From NCBI GenBank assembly GCA_963747235.1, contig CAVVEU010000008.1, positions 480,001-544,000 of the forward strand: a stretch of 64,000 nt of DNA, written 5' to 3'. Under the pieces are notes generated by a model, which was given only the letters and a program-made list of their open reading frames with translations, made no database searches and was not told the origin of the DNA. Shown here in pieces: positions 1-10,691 of this stretch. The position numbers were made by a program, and so were the translations under genes. Each line of letters begins with the position of its first letter. The stretch's first letter is position 1. This DNA comes from an uncultured Candidatus Rokubacteria bacterium. GTDB taxonomy: Bacteria > Methylomirabilota > Methylomirabilia > Rokubacteriales > CSP1-6.

Positions 1-1162
<1,162 letters not shown>

Positions 1163-1167
1163 TCACG

Positions 1168-1196
1168 TTGACCCGCGGGGGTCGCCCTGATAGCAT
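1168..1196 (+). promoter_or_regulatory. sigma-70-like promoter for the histidine kinase (TTGACC-N17-TAGCAT)
   Basis: Hexamers at 1168-1173 and 1191-1196, upstream of ATG 1223. Confidence 0.5.
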
Positions 1197-1222
1197 GCCG
1201 CCGGGTCGCCGGAGCACGTCGC

Positions 1223-2886
1223 ATGTCCCCTAACGAGAGCGAGAGTCGCGTCGCGTTCACCGATCCGGTCCCGGAGACCAGCCCGGCCTGGCCGAGAAGC
1301 TCCCGCGTCTCCTCCTCGCCTATTCGCCGCTCGGCGGGCTCGTGCGGCGCGTCGCGCGCCTGCGCGTGTCGGTCCACGCCAAGCTCCTCGGCGCGTTTCT
1401 CCTGATCGCCCTGCTGCTGATCGCGATGGGGGCCATGAGCCTCCGGTCGATCGCGAGCGTCGCCCGCCAGAGCCGCCTCCTGGATCAGGCGCGGGAGCGG
1501 GTGGACGCCTCGCGCCAGATCGAGCACGCGCTGGGCGTCCAGATGAGCTTCACGCGCAACGCGCTGCTGCTGCGCGACGACGCCACCATCGAGAGCATGT
1601 TCCGCGAGAACAACCGGTTCTACGACACGTTCAACCGTCTCGAGGCGGGCGCCACGCCGGAGCAGCGCGAGACGATCCAGGGCCTGCGCGGGGCGCAGGA
1701 CCGGGTCATGGCCACGGTGGCCCGCATCGCGGCCCTGATCCGCGACGACAAGGCCGACGAGGCGATGGCGCTGCACCTGAACGAAGGCTATCCGCTCTAC
1801 CGGGAGATCGCGACCCTCGTGACGCGGGCGGTCCGGGCCGAGGAGGCGGGCATGGGCCAGCTCCGGGAGGGCGTCGAGACCACGTATCGCCGGGCCCTGC
1901 TGCTCACCGGCGGTTTCGCGGCCGCGTCTATCGTCCTGGCCCTGGGCCTCGGCTTCGTCATCTCGTGGTCCTTCATCCTCCCGGTCCGCCAGGCGGAGGG
2001 ATTCCTCGGCCAGGTCGCCAAGGGCGACTTCAGCGCCAGCATCGACGTGCCGAACCGCGACGAGTTCGGGGCCCTCGCCCGCCAGATGAACGAGATGAGC
2101 CGCGAGCTGCACGAGCTCTACGACGCCCAGCGGCGGGCCGCGCATCAGCTCCGGGTGCTCAACGCGGAGCTCGAGCAGGCCAGCCGGGCCAAGTCCAACT
2201 TCCTCGCCAGCATGAGCCACGAGCTCCGCACGCCGATGAACGCGATCCTGGGCTTCACCGAGATGATCCGCGACGGGCTGTACGGGGAGATCCCGCCCGA
2301 GATCCAGGAGCCGGTGTCGGACATCCACACCTGCGGCAAGCAGCTCCTCGGCCTGATCAACAACGTGCTCGACCTCTCCAAGATCGAGGCCGGGCACATG
2401 GAGCTGGCCCTGGGGGAATACGTGGTCGAGGACATCGTGAGCACCGTGAAGGGCTCGCTGCGCTCGCTGGCGGCGACCAAGGGGCTGGACCTCGTCACCA
2501 CCGTGTCCCCCGACCTGCCCCTCGCGGTGGGCGACGGCAAGCGGATCACGCAGTGCCTGATGAACCTGGCGGGCAACGCGCTCAAGTTCACGCGCGAGGG
2601 GCGCGTGGAGATCCGCGTGGAGCGCGAGGGCGAGCACCTGCGCTTCGCGGTGGCCGACACCGGGATCGGCATCCCCGCCGATCAGATCGACGGCATCTTC
2701 GAGGAGTTCCGACAGGCGGACGCGACGGTGAGCCGGGATTTCGGGGGGACCGGGCTCGGCCTGTCGATCACCCGGAAGCTGGTCGAGCTGCACGGCGGGC
2801 GGATCTGGGTCGAGAGCCTGCCGGGCAAGGGCTCGACGTTCTTCTTCTCGATCCCGGTGCGGGTGGCGAAGGAGGCGGCCGCGTGA
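1223..2886 (+). CDS. Membrane sensor histidine kinase (periplasmic helical sensor, HAMP, HisKA, HATPase)
   Basis: Two TM segments, NRDEFGALA HAMP, MSHELRTP H-box, NALKF, DTGIGI and GGTGLGL motifs. Start is either ATG 1223 with a frameshift near 1290, or GTG 1342. Confidence 0.9.
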
Positions 2887-3251
2887 AGACGGTCCTGTAC
2901 GTCGAGGACAACGAGTTCAACCGCAAGATCGTGCGGCACCTGCTCGGCCGCACGTCGTATCGCCTCCTCGAGGCAGGCGACGGGGAGGCGGGCGTGACGA
3001 CCGCGCGCGAGGCGGTCCCGGACCTGATCATCATGGACATCCAGCTCCCGAAGCTCTCCGGGCTCGAGGCCACCCGGCAGCTCCACGCCGACCCGGTGAC
3101 CGCGCCGATTCCCGTCATCGTCATCACCTCGTTCGCGCTGGCCGGGGACGAGGAGAAGGCGCGGGAGGCGGGCGCCGCCGCCTACCTGGCGAAGCCCTAC
3201 AGCCCGCGCGAGCTGCTCCAGATGATCCGGCAGCTCGCCCCGGAGAGCTGA
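2883..3251 (+). CDS. Single-domain response regulator (DivK/CheY-like)
   Basis: VKTVLYVEDNEFN...PDLIIMDIQLPKLSG...AKPYS; overlaps the kinase stop (GTGA). Confidence 0.92.
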   Translation: MKTVLYVEDNEFNRKIVRHLLGRTSYRLLEAGDGEAGVTTAREAVPDLIIMDIQLPKLSGLEATRQLHADPVTAPIPVIVITSFALAGDEEKAREAGAAAYLAKPYSPRELLQMIRQLAPES

Positions 3252-3267
3252 CGTCGCGCGGTCGACC

Positions 3268-4428
3268 GTGAACGGCGCCGAGGCGAGCCCGTGGCGCGTG
3301 CTCGCGGCCTCGACGGCGCTGAACGCGCCGATCGGCTCGCTCTACGCGTTCAGCGTGTTCCTGCAGCCGCTGGAGGCGCTGCTCGGGCTGACCCGGGCCG
3401 ACCTGGCGTTCGTCTTCGCCCTGGCCGCCGCCGCGTTCGGCGTCGGCATGATGCTGGCGCCGAGCCTCTACCGCGTCGCTTCGACTCCGCTGCTCGTGAC
3501 GGCCTGCGCGCTCACGAACGCGCTGGGGCTGGCGCTGGCCGCGACCGCGGGCGGGCTGACCCAGCTCGCGATCGGCTACGGGGTGCTCTTCGGGCTCGGC
3601 GGCGGCGCGGCCTACATCCTCGTGCAGCAGATGGTGAACCTGGCGGTGACGCGCCGCCAGGGCCTGGTCAACGGCTACATCGTGAGCCTGCTGCCCGCCG
3701 GCGCGATGATCGCGGCCCCGGTGTTCGGCTGGGCGATCCGCGCCTTCGGCGTGCGCGCCACCCTCGGCGGCTTCGCCGCGGTCCTGGCCATCACCGGGTT
3801 CGCCAGCGCGTGGCTGGTGGCCCATGCCGGTGTGGCCGTCTCGGCGGAGACCGGGAGCGTCACGCTGGACGCGGGCGAACGGCGCCGGGCGGTCTTCTGG
3901 CGGCTTTCGATCGTCTTCTTCCTGGCCGCCTCGGCCGGGCTGATGGTGCTGAGCCAGGCCGCGGGCATCATCGCCGCGTACGGCGGCGCGGCCGCGCTCG
4001 CGGTGTACGGCACCACGTTCATCACCGCCACCATCGCGGCCGCGCGCCTGGGCGGCGGGTGGATGGTGGACTGGCTCGCCATCCCCACCGTCGCGGCCGG
4101 CGCCCACGCGGTCGCGCTCGCCGGCAATGTCGCGCTGACCGTGTGGCCCGGGCCGCTGGTGTCCGTCTTCTCGCTGGCCCTGGTGGGGATGGGCTACGGG
4201 GTGATCTCGGGCGTGACCGCGGCCGCGGTCGCCGTCTACTGGCGGCGGGCGGTCTACGGTCGCGTGGCCAGCCGCGTCTACATCGCGTGGGCCGCGGCGG
4301 CCATCGTCCTGCCCATCATCGCGGGCCGCCTCTTCGACCTCACGCAGGGCTACGGCACCGCGGTGCTGATCGCGGCGGGGGCCAATGCGCTCGGCATTCT
4401 CGTGTCGCTCGGGCTGCCGCGGCGCTGA
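3268..4428 (+). CDS. MFS transporter (oxalate/formate antiporter-like)
   Basis: About 12 hydrophobic helices; GSLYAFSVF N-terminal motif. Confidence 0.8.
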   Translation: MNGAEASPWRVLAASTALNAPIGSLYAFSVFLQPLEALLGLTRADLAFVFALAAAAFGVGMMLAPSLYRVASTPLLVTACALTNALGLALAATAGGLTQLAIGYGVLFGLGGGAAYILVQQMVNLAVTRRQGLVNGYIVSLLPAGAMIAAPVFGWAIRAFGVRATLGGFAAVLAITGFASAWLVAHAGVAVSAETGSVTLDAGERRRAVFWRLSIVFFLAASAGLMVLSQAAGIIAAYGGAAALAVYGTTFITATIAAARLGGGWMVDWLAIPTVAAGAHAVALAGNVALTVWPGPLVSVFSLALVGMGYGVISGVTAAAVAVYWRRAVYGRVASRVYIAWAAAAIVLPIIAGRLFDLTQGYGTAVLIAAGANALGILVSLGLPRR

Positions 4429-4443
4429 GGTACTATCACCCCC

Positions 4444-5269
4444 ATGCCGACCACGCCCCGGCCGATCTCGCTCGCGCACCTGACCGTGCTGGACACGACG
4501 CCCCCCGAGCTGATCACGGTGGCGGCCGCCGCGGGCTTCCGGACCGTCGGCATCCGCCTGACCGCGACGCCGAGCGTGGGCGTCCCGCCGTACGACGTGC
4601 TGCACGAAGGCCCGATGCTGCGGGAGACCCTCCTGCGCTTGAAGGACACCGGCGTCTCCGTGCTCGACACCGAGTTCCTCCGCTTCGAGCCGGAGCACCC
4701 GATCGGCGTCCCGGAGGGCTTCCTGGAGGTCTCGGCGCGGCTGGGCGCGAAGCACGTGCTGGTCATGAGCGCCGAGCCGGAGGAGGCGCGCACGCTCGAG
4801 CGCTTCGGCGAGCTCTGCGACCGGGCGGCCCAGTACGGCCTGTCCGTCGGCCTGGAGTTCGCGGTCTACACGGGGGTCCGCACGCTCGCCCACGCCGCGC
4901 AGATGGTCGCCCAGTCGAAGCGGGCGAACGTATCGGTGGTGGTGGACGCGCTCCACTTCAGCCGGTCGGGCGGGCTTCCGGCGCACATCGGGCAGGTGGA
5001 TCGCGGCGCTGTTCCGCTACGCGCAGATCTGCGACGCGTCGGCCGACATGCCCGGGCCCACCGACACGCCGAACCTGATCCGCGAGGCGCGGACCGGGCG
5101 GCTGCTTCCGGGTGAGGGCGTGCTGCCGCTCCGCGAGCTGGTGGCGGCGCTCCCGGCCGGTATTCCCCTGGCGATCGAGGCGCCCTCCCGGGCGACCGCC
5201 GATCTGCCCGCGCTCGAGCGGGCCCAGCGCGCGTACCGGGCGCTGTCCGCCCTGCTGGCGCTGCGCTAG
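4444..5269 (+). CDS. Sugar phosphate isomerase/epimerase (TIM barrel), frameshifted near 5010
   Basis: GLEF, VDALHFSRSG, then in a shifted frame YAQICD...RLLPGEGVLPL...IEAP. Confidence 0.8.
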
Positions 5270-6203
5270 CTGATCTCGACCAGCTCCAGGGCCTCGCGGC
5301 TCGGCCCCTCGATCATCACCGCCCGCGTGTCGCCGAGCGGGTAGGGCTCCTCGAGGAACCGCACGCCCTCGCCGCGCAGCTTGGCGACCCAGGCGTCGAG
5401 ATCGGTGACGCTCAGCGCGATGTGATCGTAGAGCTGGCCGCGCGTGCTCGCGAGCGGCCGGTCACCCTGGCGCACGTACCAGGGCAGGGCCACGTCGCCG
5501 AACACGACCGCGGCCGAGGGCGCCCGGAACATCCCGTCGCGATCCAGCGCCGGCCAGCTCCGATCGGGCCCGCGCGGCACCGTGCAGGTGGACTCGGTCA
5601 CCGGCGCGCGGCTGGCGCGCCCGGCATAGACCGGCGCGTTGAGATGGGTCTGGTACCAGAGCTGCGCGCAGAACGGATCGTCCTGGTAGAGGTGCACGTG
5701 GTTGAAGCGCTCGGCCGGGTGATTGCCCGCGTACTCCACGAGGGCGTCGTCGGGGCCGCGCATGTAGCCGAAGCCGCCGCTGCGGGTCGGCTCGGCGCCG
5801 GCGGCCCGCGCCTCGGCGATCTGCGCCTTCGTGAGCCCGGGCGTGGGTCCCTTGCTCGGCCACGTATCGCTGCTGACGAGGACCGACCCGCCTTCGTCTG
5901 TCGTGTAGAGCGGCAGGAGCTCGAGGTCGGGCCGCGCCTCGAAGGTCCGCGAGGCTGGCCCGCGTGTCCGGCACGTGCCAGCCGAAGTGCCAGATCGCGG
6001 TCTGGGGTGACGTGGCGGGCGGGGTCGCGACCCGGGTGAACAGGACCAGCACGTCGTTCGGCGCCGCGAGCGCCGGCCAGGCCGGCCCAGCGCGTCTTCG
6101 CGGAGGTCGGGAAGTGCCGGACGTAGAACTCGATCGCGGCGTCGGGGTCCACCGAGTTCAGGTGGAGATGGTGGAAGCCCGGGGCGGGAAGCATCTCACC
6201 CAT
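5266..6203 (-). CDS. VOC/glyoxalase-family protein, split by frameshifts
   Basis: FHHLHLNSVDPDAA, WHFGWHV, FNHVHLY, YDHIALSVTDLD...MIEGPSREALELVE spread over three frames. Confidence 0.75.
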
Positions 6204-6833
6204 CCTCGCCGGCCTCCGCGGCCTCGGCCTTGGCCTGCTTCACGAGCTGCTCGATGACTTCATAGGGCTGCGCGCCCACGACGCCGCGGTGGCCCGCGAC
6301 GAAGGTCGGCACGCCGGTGATGCCGTACTGGCGCGAGAGCGCCCAGTCCCGGTCCACCGCGTCCTTGAACGTGCGCTTCTCCAGGACCTCGCGCGGCGCC
6401 CGCGACGGGCAGCCCCACCTCCGCCACGATCTCGAGGAGCACGGCCGGCTCGGAGATGTTGCGCGCGTCCACGAAGTAGGCGCGGAACATCGCGTCGTGG
6501 AAGGCCTCGCCGCCCGGCTGGGTGTCGGCCCACTTGCCCAGCTCCTGGGACAGGCGGCTGTTGTAGGTCATGGTGCGCTCGCCGTAGGGGAGGCCCTCGG
6601 CGTCCATGCGCGCCTTCATCTGCGCGTGCATGGCCTTGCGGTCCACGTTGCGGCCCCGGAAGAGCTCCTCGAGCGACTGGCCTTCCGCCGGGGTCTCCGG
6701 GTGCAGCGGGAAGTGCACCCACTCGATCTTCACGTTGTGCTCGACGCCGGAGCTTCTCAATACGCACGGTACTGAGATAGCACCAGGGTCAGACGTAGTC
6801 GGAGAAGACCTGGAGCGTGATGGGCTTGGTCAT
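6196..6833 (-). CDS. DsbA/FrnE-family thiol:disulfide oxidoreductase, probable selenoprotein (UxxC), with two frameshifts
   Basis: ATG 6833: MTKPITLQVFSDYV-TGA(6791-6789)-PWCYLSTVRIEKL..EHNVKIEWVHFPLHPETP...YNSRLSQELGKWA...GITGVPTFV...VVGAQPYE. A hairpin follows the UGA. Confidence 0.85.
6755..6777 (-). promoter_or_regulatory. Bacterial SECIS-like stem-loop
   Basis: mRNA UCUCAGUAC-CGUGC-GUAUUGAGA: 9-bp stem with one G:U pair, starting 11 nt after the in-frame UGA, with G near the start of the loop. Confidence 0.75.
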
Positions 6834-7797
6834 GTTGCCTCCTTGACGAGCTTCTGCAGGCTTCGCAGGCCGGGCGGAATGCGGCTGGCCCTTGTAGCGA
6901 TTGCCCCAGTTAGTGTACGACACCTCGCCCACGTAGATGTCGCCGCGCGAGTCCACCGCGAGGCCGTGCGGGGAGACGAACTGGCCGGGCTCGAGGCCCG
7001 CGAGGCGGTCGCCGAGGCGCGCCAGCCGCTCGCCCCGATGACTGTAGATGCTGACCCGCGGGCCGATATTCGGGCACGTCGTAGTTGACGGGGAGCGCGC
7101 CGCCGATCTCGCCCACGTAGAAGCGGCCCTGGCCGCCGCGCTCCATGAAGAGGCCCGAGGGGCGGTGCATGTCGTGCCACTGCGTCTCGAACCGGCCGTT
7201 GCCGTCGAAGACCTGGACGCGGTGGTTCTCGCGGTCGGCCACGTAGACCCAGCCGTCGGCGTCACAGCAGATGTTGTGCGGGATATTGAACTGGCCGGGA
7301 TCGGTGCCGGGCTCGCCCCACGACGAGAGCAGGGTGCCGTCCGGCGCGTACTTGTGGATGCGCGCGTTGCCGTAGCCGTCGGAGACGTAGAGATCGCCCC
7401 GCGGCGAGAGCGCGGTGTGCGTGCAGCGATGGAACGGCTCGCCGCTCATGTAGGGCCGGGGCTTGCCGGGGATCCCGATGGTCAGGAGCACCTTGCCGTC
7501 GAGCGTGCAGTGGCGAACCGTGTGATCGCCGTCGTCGGTCAGCCACAGGGTGTCGTCGGGCGCCACGTGGACGCCGTGCGCGCGGTGGAAGACGCCTTCG
7601 CCCCAGGAGCGGAGGAAGTTGCCCTCGCGGTCGAGCACGACCATCGGGTGGGCGCCGCGGTTGAAGGCGTAGACCTGGTCCCGCGCGTCCACGCCGACCG
7701 CGGCCACGTCGGCGTTGAACTCCTGGCCCGGCGGCAGCTTGGCCCAGCGGTCGTCCACCCGGTAGCGATAGGCGCCGGTGCCCAGGATGGCCGGCAT
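6830..7797 (-). CDS. NHL-repeat beta-propeller (peptidyl-alpha-hydroxyglycine alpha-amidating lyase-like), frameshifted
   Basis: VYAFNRGAHP, RAHG, YVSDGYGNARIHKY, PGQFNIPHNI, VYVADRENHRVQVFD and SPHGLAVDSRGDIYVGEV repeats. Confidence 0.85.
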
Positions 7798-8751
7798 CAG
7801 CTGCTCCCGGGCCGCGCGCCTCGAAGATCGCGCGCGGGTTGCCCACGAGCATCTGCTGGATCTGCTCCTCGGCGACGCCCGCCTTGCGGAGCGCGGGCAG
7901 GATGTCGTCGGGGATGTGGTTGTAGTTCCAGAGCGGCCGGGTCCGGCGCTTGTCGTCCTCGGAGAGCATGTCGCTCCAGCAGTTGGCGTCGTGCGAGAGG
8001 ACCATGCGCCCGGCGTAGCCTTCCGCGCACAGGCGGGCGATGACCTCGACCCGCTTGGGCGTCGGCAGGAAGTGCTCGAGGCCGAAGCGGTCCATGCCGA
8101 TCGTGCTGCCCCGGTCCATGAGCCCGCGGAGGTAGCCCAGGTCCTCGCTGTCGCCGCTGTGGCCGATGATGACGCGGCGGAGATCCACGCCCTCCTGGGC
8201 GAAGATGGCCTGCTGCGCCTCGCCGGTCCGGCCCGCGGCCCAGGTGTGGGTCGAGATCGGCACCCCGGTCGCCTTCTGGGCCCGCGCGGAGGCGCGCAGG
8301 ATGTTCTCGATGACCGGGGTCACGCCCGCGGTGTCGGTGGCGCACTTGATGATGGCGGCCTTGACGCCGCTCGTCCCCGATGCCCTGCGGTGATGTCGCG
8401 GACGAAGAGATCGGCCACCGCGTCCACCCCGTGGCCGCTGAAGTACCGCTGCGGCATCCACCAGACGCCGGTGGCCACGATCACGTGGACGCGGGAGCGG
8501 CGGGCCACGTCCAGGATCAGGCCGATGTCGCGGCCCAGGTCCACGGTGGTCAGGTCCACGATCGCGCGGATGCCGCGCGCGTGGAGATCGGCCATCTTCC
8601 GCTCCGCCATCGCGAGGATGCCCGCGCGGTCCCAGAGGTGCGGCCAGTTCTCCTGCACCCCGGGCGAGCGGGTGACGATGTGCTCGTGCATCAGCGTGGC
8701 GCCGAGCTCGGCCGTGGCCACCGGCCCGAGGGCTGTCTCCACCGTGGTCAT
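7797..8751 (-). CDS. Phosphotriesterase-family amidohydrolase, frameshifted near 8385 and near the 3' end
   Basis: [41 protein letters not shown] and LSHD metal-binding motifs. Confidence 0.88.
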
Positions 8752-8762
8752 GCTGAGTTCTC

Positions 8763-9933
8763 CTATCCCGCGACCGCGCGCACGAAGCGCTCGACCTCGG
8801 TCTCGTCGTTGTAGTAGTGGACGCTGGCGCGGACCAGCGCGTCGAAGCCGCGCGCGGGCAGGTCGAGCCGCGAGGAGCGGGCCTGGGTGTGGGTGACGTT
8901 GATGTCCAGGGCCCGGAGGCGCCGGCGCGTGGCCTCCGGCGCCTCGCCCGCCTTGAGAAAGGTCACGATCCCGCACTGCTCGACACCCAGGTCGTGGACG
9001 GTCACGCCCGGCCGCTTCGCCAGCTCCCGCCGCAGCAGGGCGGCGAGCGCCTTGACGCGGGCCTCGATGGCCTCGATGCCCAGCGCCAGCGCGTAGCGCA
9101 CCGCCACCGCGAGGCCGATCTGGCCGGCCACGAAGCGCTCCCAGTTCTCGAAGCGCCGGGCGTCGTCGCGGAGCGTGTAGGTGTCGGCGTCGATCCAGGC
9201 CGCGGCCTCGAGATCGATGAAGGGCGGCTCCAGCGCGCCGATGGTGTCGCGCCGCACGTAGAGGAAGCCGGTGCCGCGCGGGCCGCGCAGGTACTTGCGC
9301 CCGGTGGCCGAGAGCATGTGGCAGCCGATGTGGCGGACGTCCACCGCGAGCTGGCCGACCGACTGGCAGGCGTCGAGCAGGTAGAGGATGCCGTGCCGCG
9401 CCGCGACCCGGCCCACCGCCGCGGCCGGGTTCACGAGCCCGCCCTGGGTCGGGCACGTGGGTGATCGCGATGAGCCGGGTGCGCGGCCGGATCGCGCGCT
9501 CGAGCGCGGCCACGTCGAGCTGCCCGGAGGCGTCGTCGTCCACCACGTCGATCTCGACGCCCGCGCGCCGCTTCATCTGGAGGAACGCGAGGTAGTTGGA
9601 CGCGTACTCGGCCCGCGCGGTGATGATGCGGTCCCCGGCGCGGAAGGGGATCGCGTAGAAGGCCATGTCCCAGGCGCGGGTCGCGTTCTCCACGAACGCG
9701 ATCTCGTCCGGCCCGGCGCCGATCAGCGCGGCGACCGCGTCGTAGACGTCGGCGATCCGGTCCGCGGCCTCCGCGGCGGCCTCGTAGCCGCCGATGGCCG
9801 CCTCGCGCTGCAGGTGGCCGATCACCGCGTCGAGCACCGGGCGCGGGGACAGGGCTGCGCCCGCGTTGTTGAAGTGCAGGACATTGGCGACGCCCGGCGT
9901 GTCGGCTCGGAGGCGCGGCACGTCGAGCGTCAT
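8763..9933 (-). CDS. PLP-dependent aminotransferase class V (C-S/C-Se lyase-like), frameshifted near 9450
   Basis: [38 protein letters not shown] and VRASVHYYN. Lacks the SufS RxGHHC catalytic loop. Confidence 0.85.
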
Positions 9934-10691
9934 CGCGCGCAGACCTCGAGCACCGGCTCCTCCGCGCGTACCGACGCCAGGACGACCGAATGGATCGCGG
10001 GCTCGCGCAGGAGGCACTCGGCCGTCTCGCGCGCCGGGGCCCGATCCGGGAGCGTGTCCACCTTGTTGATCAGGACGATGACGCGGGCGCCGGCGGGCAC
10101 GCCCTTCCGCCCGCCATCGGGATGGGCCAGGACCCGGGCCACGATCGCGGGGGTCACGCGTGCCCCCATCGGCGCGCCGCTGAGCGCGCTGACGAGCTCC
10201 GGCCGGTGCACGTGCTCGGCGTCCAGGGGTGCGCCGAAGACGTCGGCGCCGACCACGGGGACGACGAGGGTCGTCTCCGGCGGGATCACCGGCTCGTAGT
10301 CGGCCGGAGCCTTGAAGGGGCGCATGCGCGAGCCGTCGGCCTCGTTCAGGAGGCACACGTCCGGGAACCAGGCGCGCAGGCGCCGGAAGAGGTCGAGGGA
10401 GACGCCCTCGGCCTTGCCGCTGCCCGCCTCGGTCGGGCCGATGACGAGCACGTGCCCGTGGGCGGCCAGCGCGGCCGCGACGCGCTCCCGCGTCGCGTCG
10501 GCGGCGGGGACGTGGGCGGGCGCCAGCGCGATCTGCGCGCCGAAGATGCGGGTGGTCGTGGTGGTGATCGCGCGCCCGCCGCGGTCCACCATCTCGCGCG
10601 CCAGGCGAAACATGGCGGTGGTCTTCCCGCCGCCGCCCACCAGCGCGACGCTCTCGTCCGCCGTCATCCGGAGCGCGTCCGCCAGCGTCAT
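9930..10691 (-). CDS. yqeC: Selenium cofactor biosynthesis / selenium-dependent hydroxylase accessory protein
   Basis: [59 protein letters not shown] and INKVD are characteristic YqeC motifs. Confidence 0.88.
   Translation of the reverse strand: MTLADALRMTADESVALVGGGGKTTAMFRLAREMVDRGGRAITTTTTRIFGAQIALAPAHVPAADATRERVAAALAAHGHVLVIGPTEAGSGKAEGVSLDLFRRLRAWFPDVCLLNEADGSRMRPFKAPADYEPVIPPETTLVVPVVGADVFGAPLDAEHVHRPELVSALSGAPMGARVTPAIVARVLAHPDGGRKGVPAGARVIVLINKVDTLPDRAPARETAECLLREPAIHSVVLASVRAEEPVLEVCAR

Noticed and set aside
8763-9933. Calling the PLP enzyme sufS/csdA
   Set aside because: The catalytic Cys loop is absent and there are no suf neighbours.
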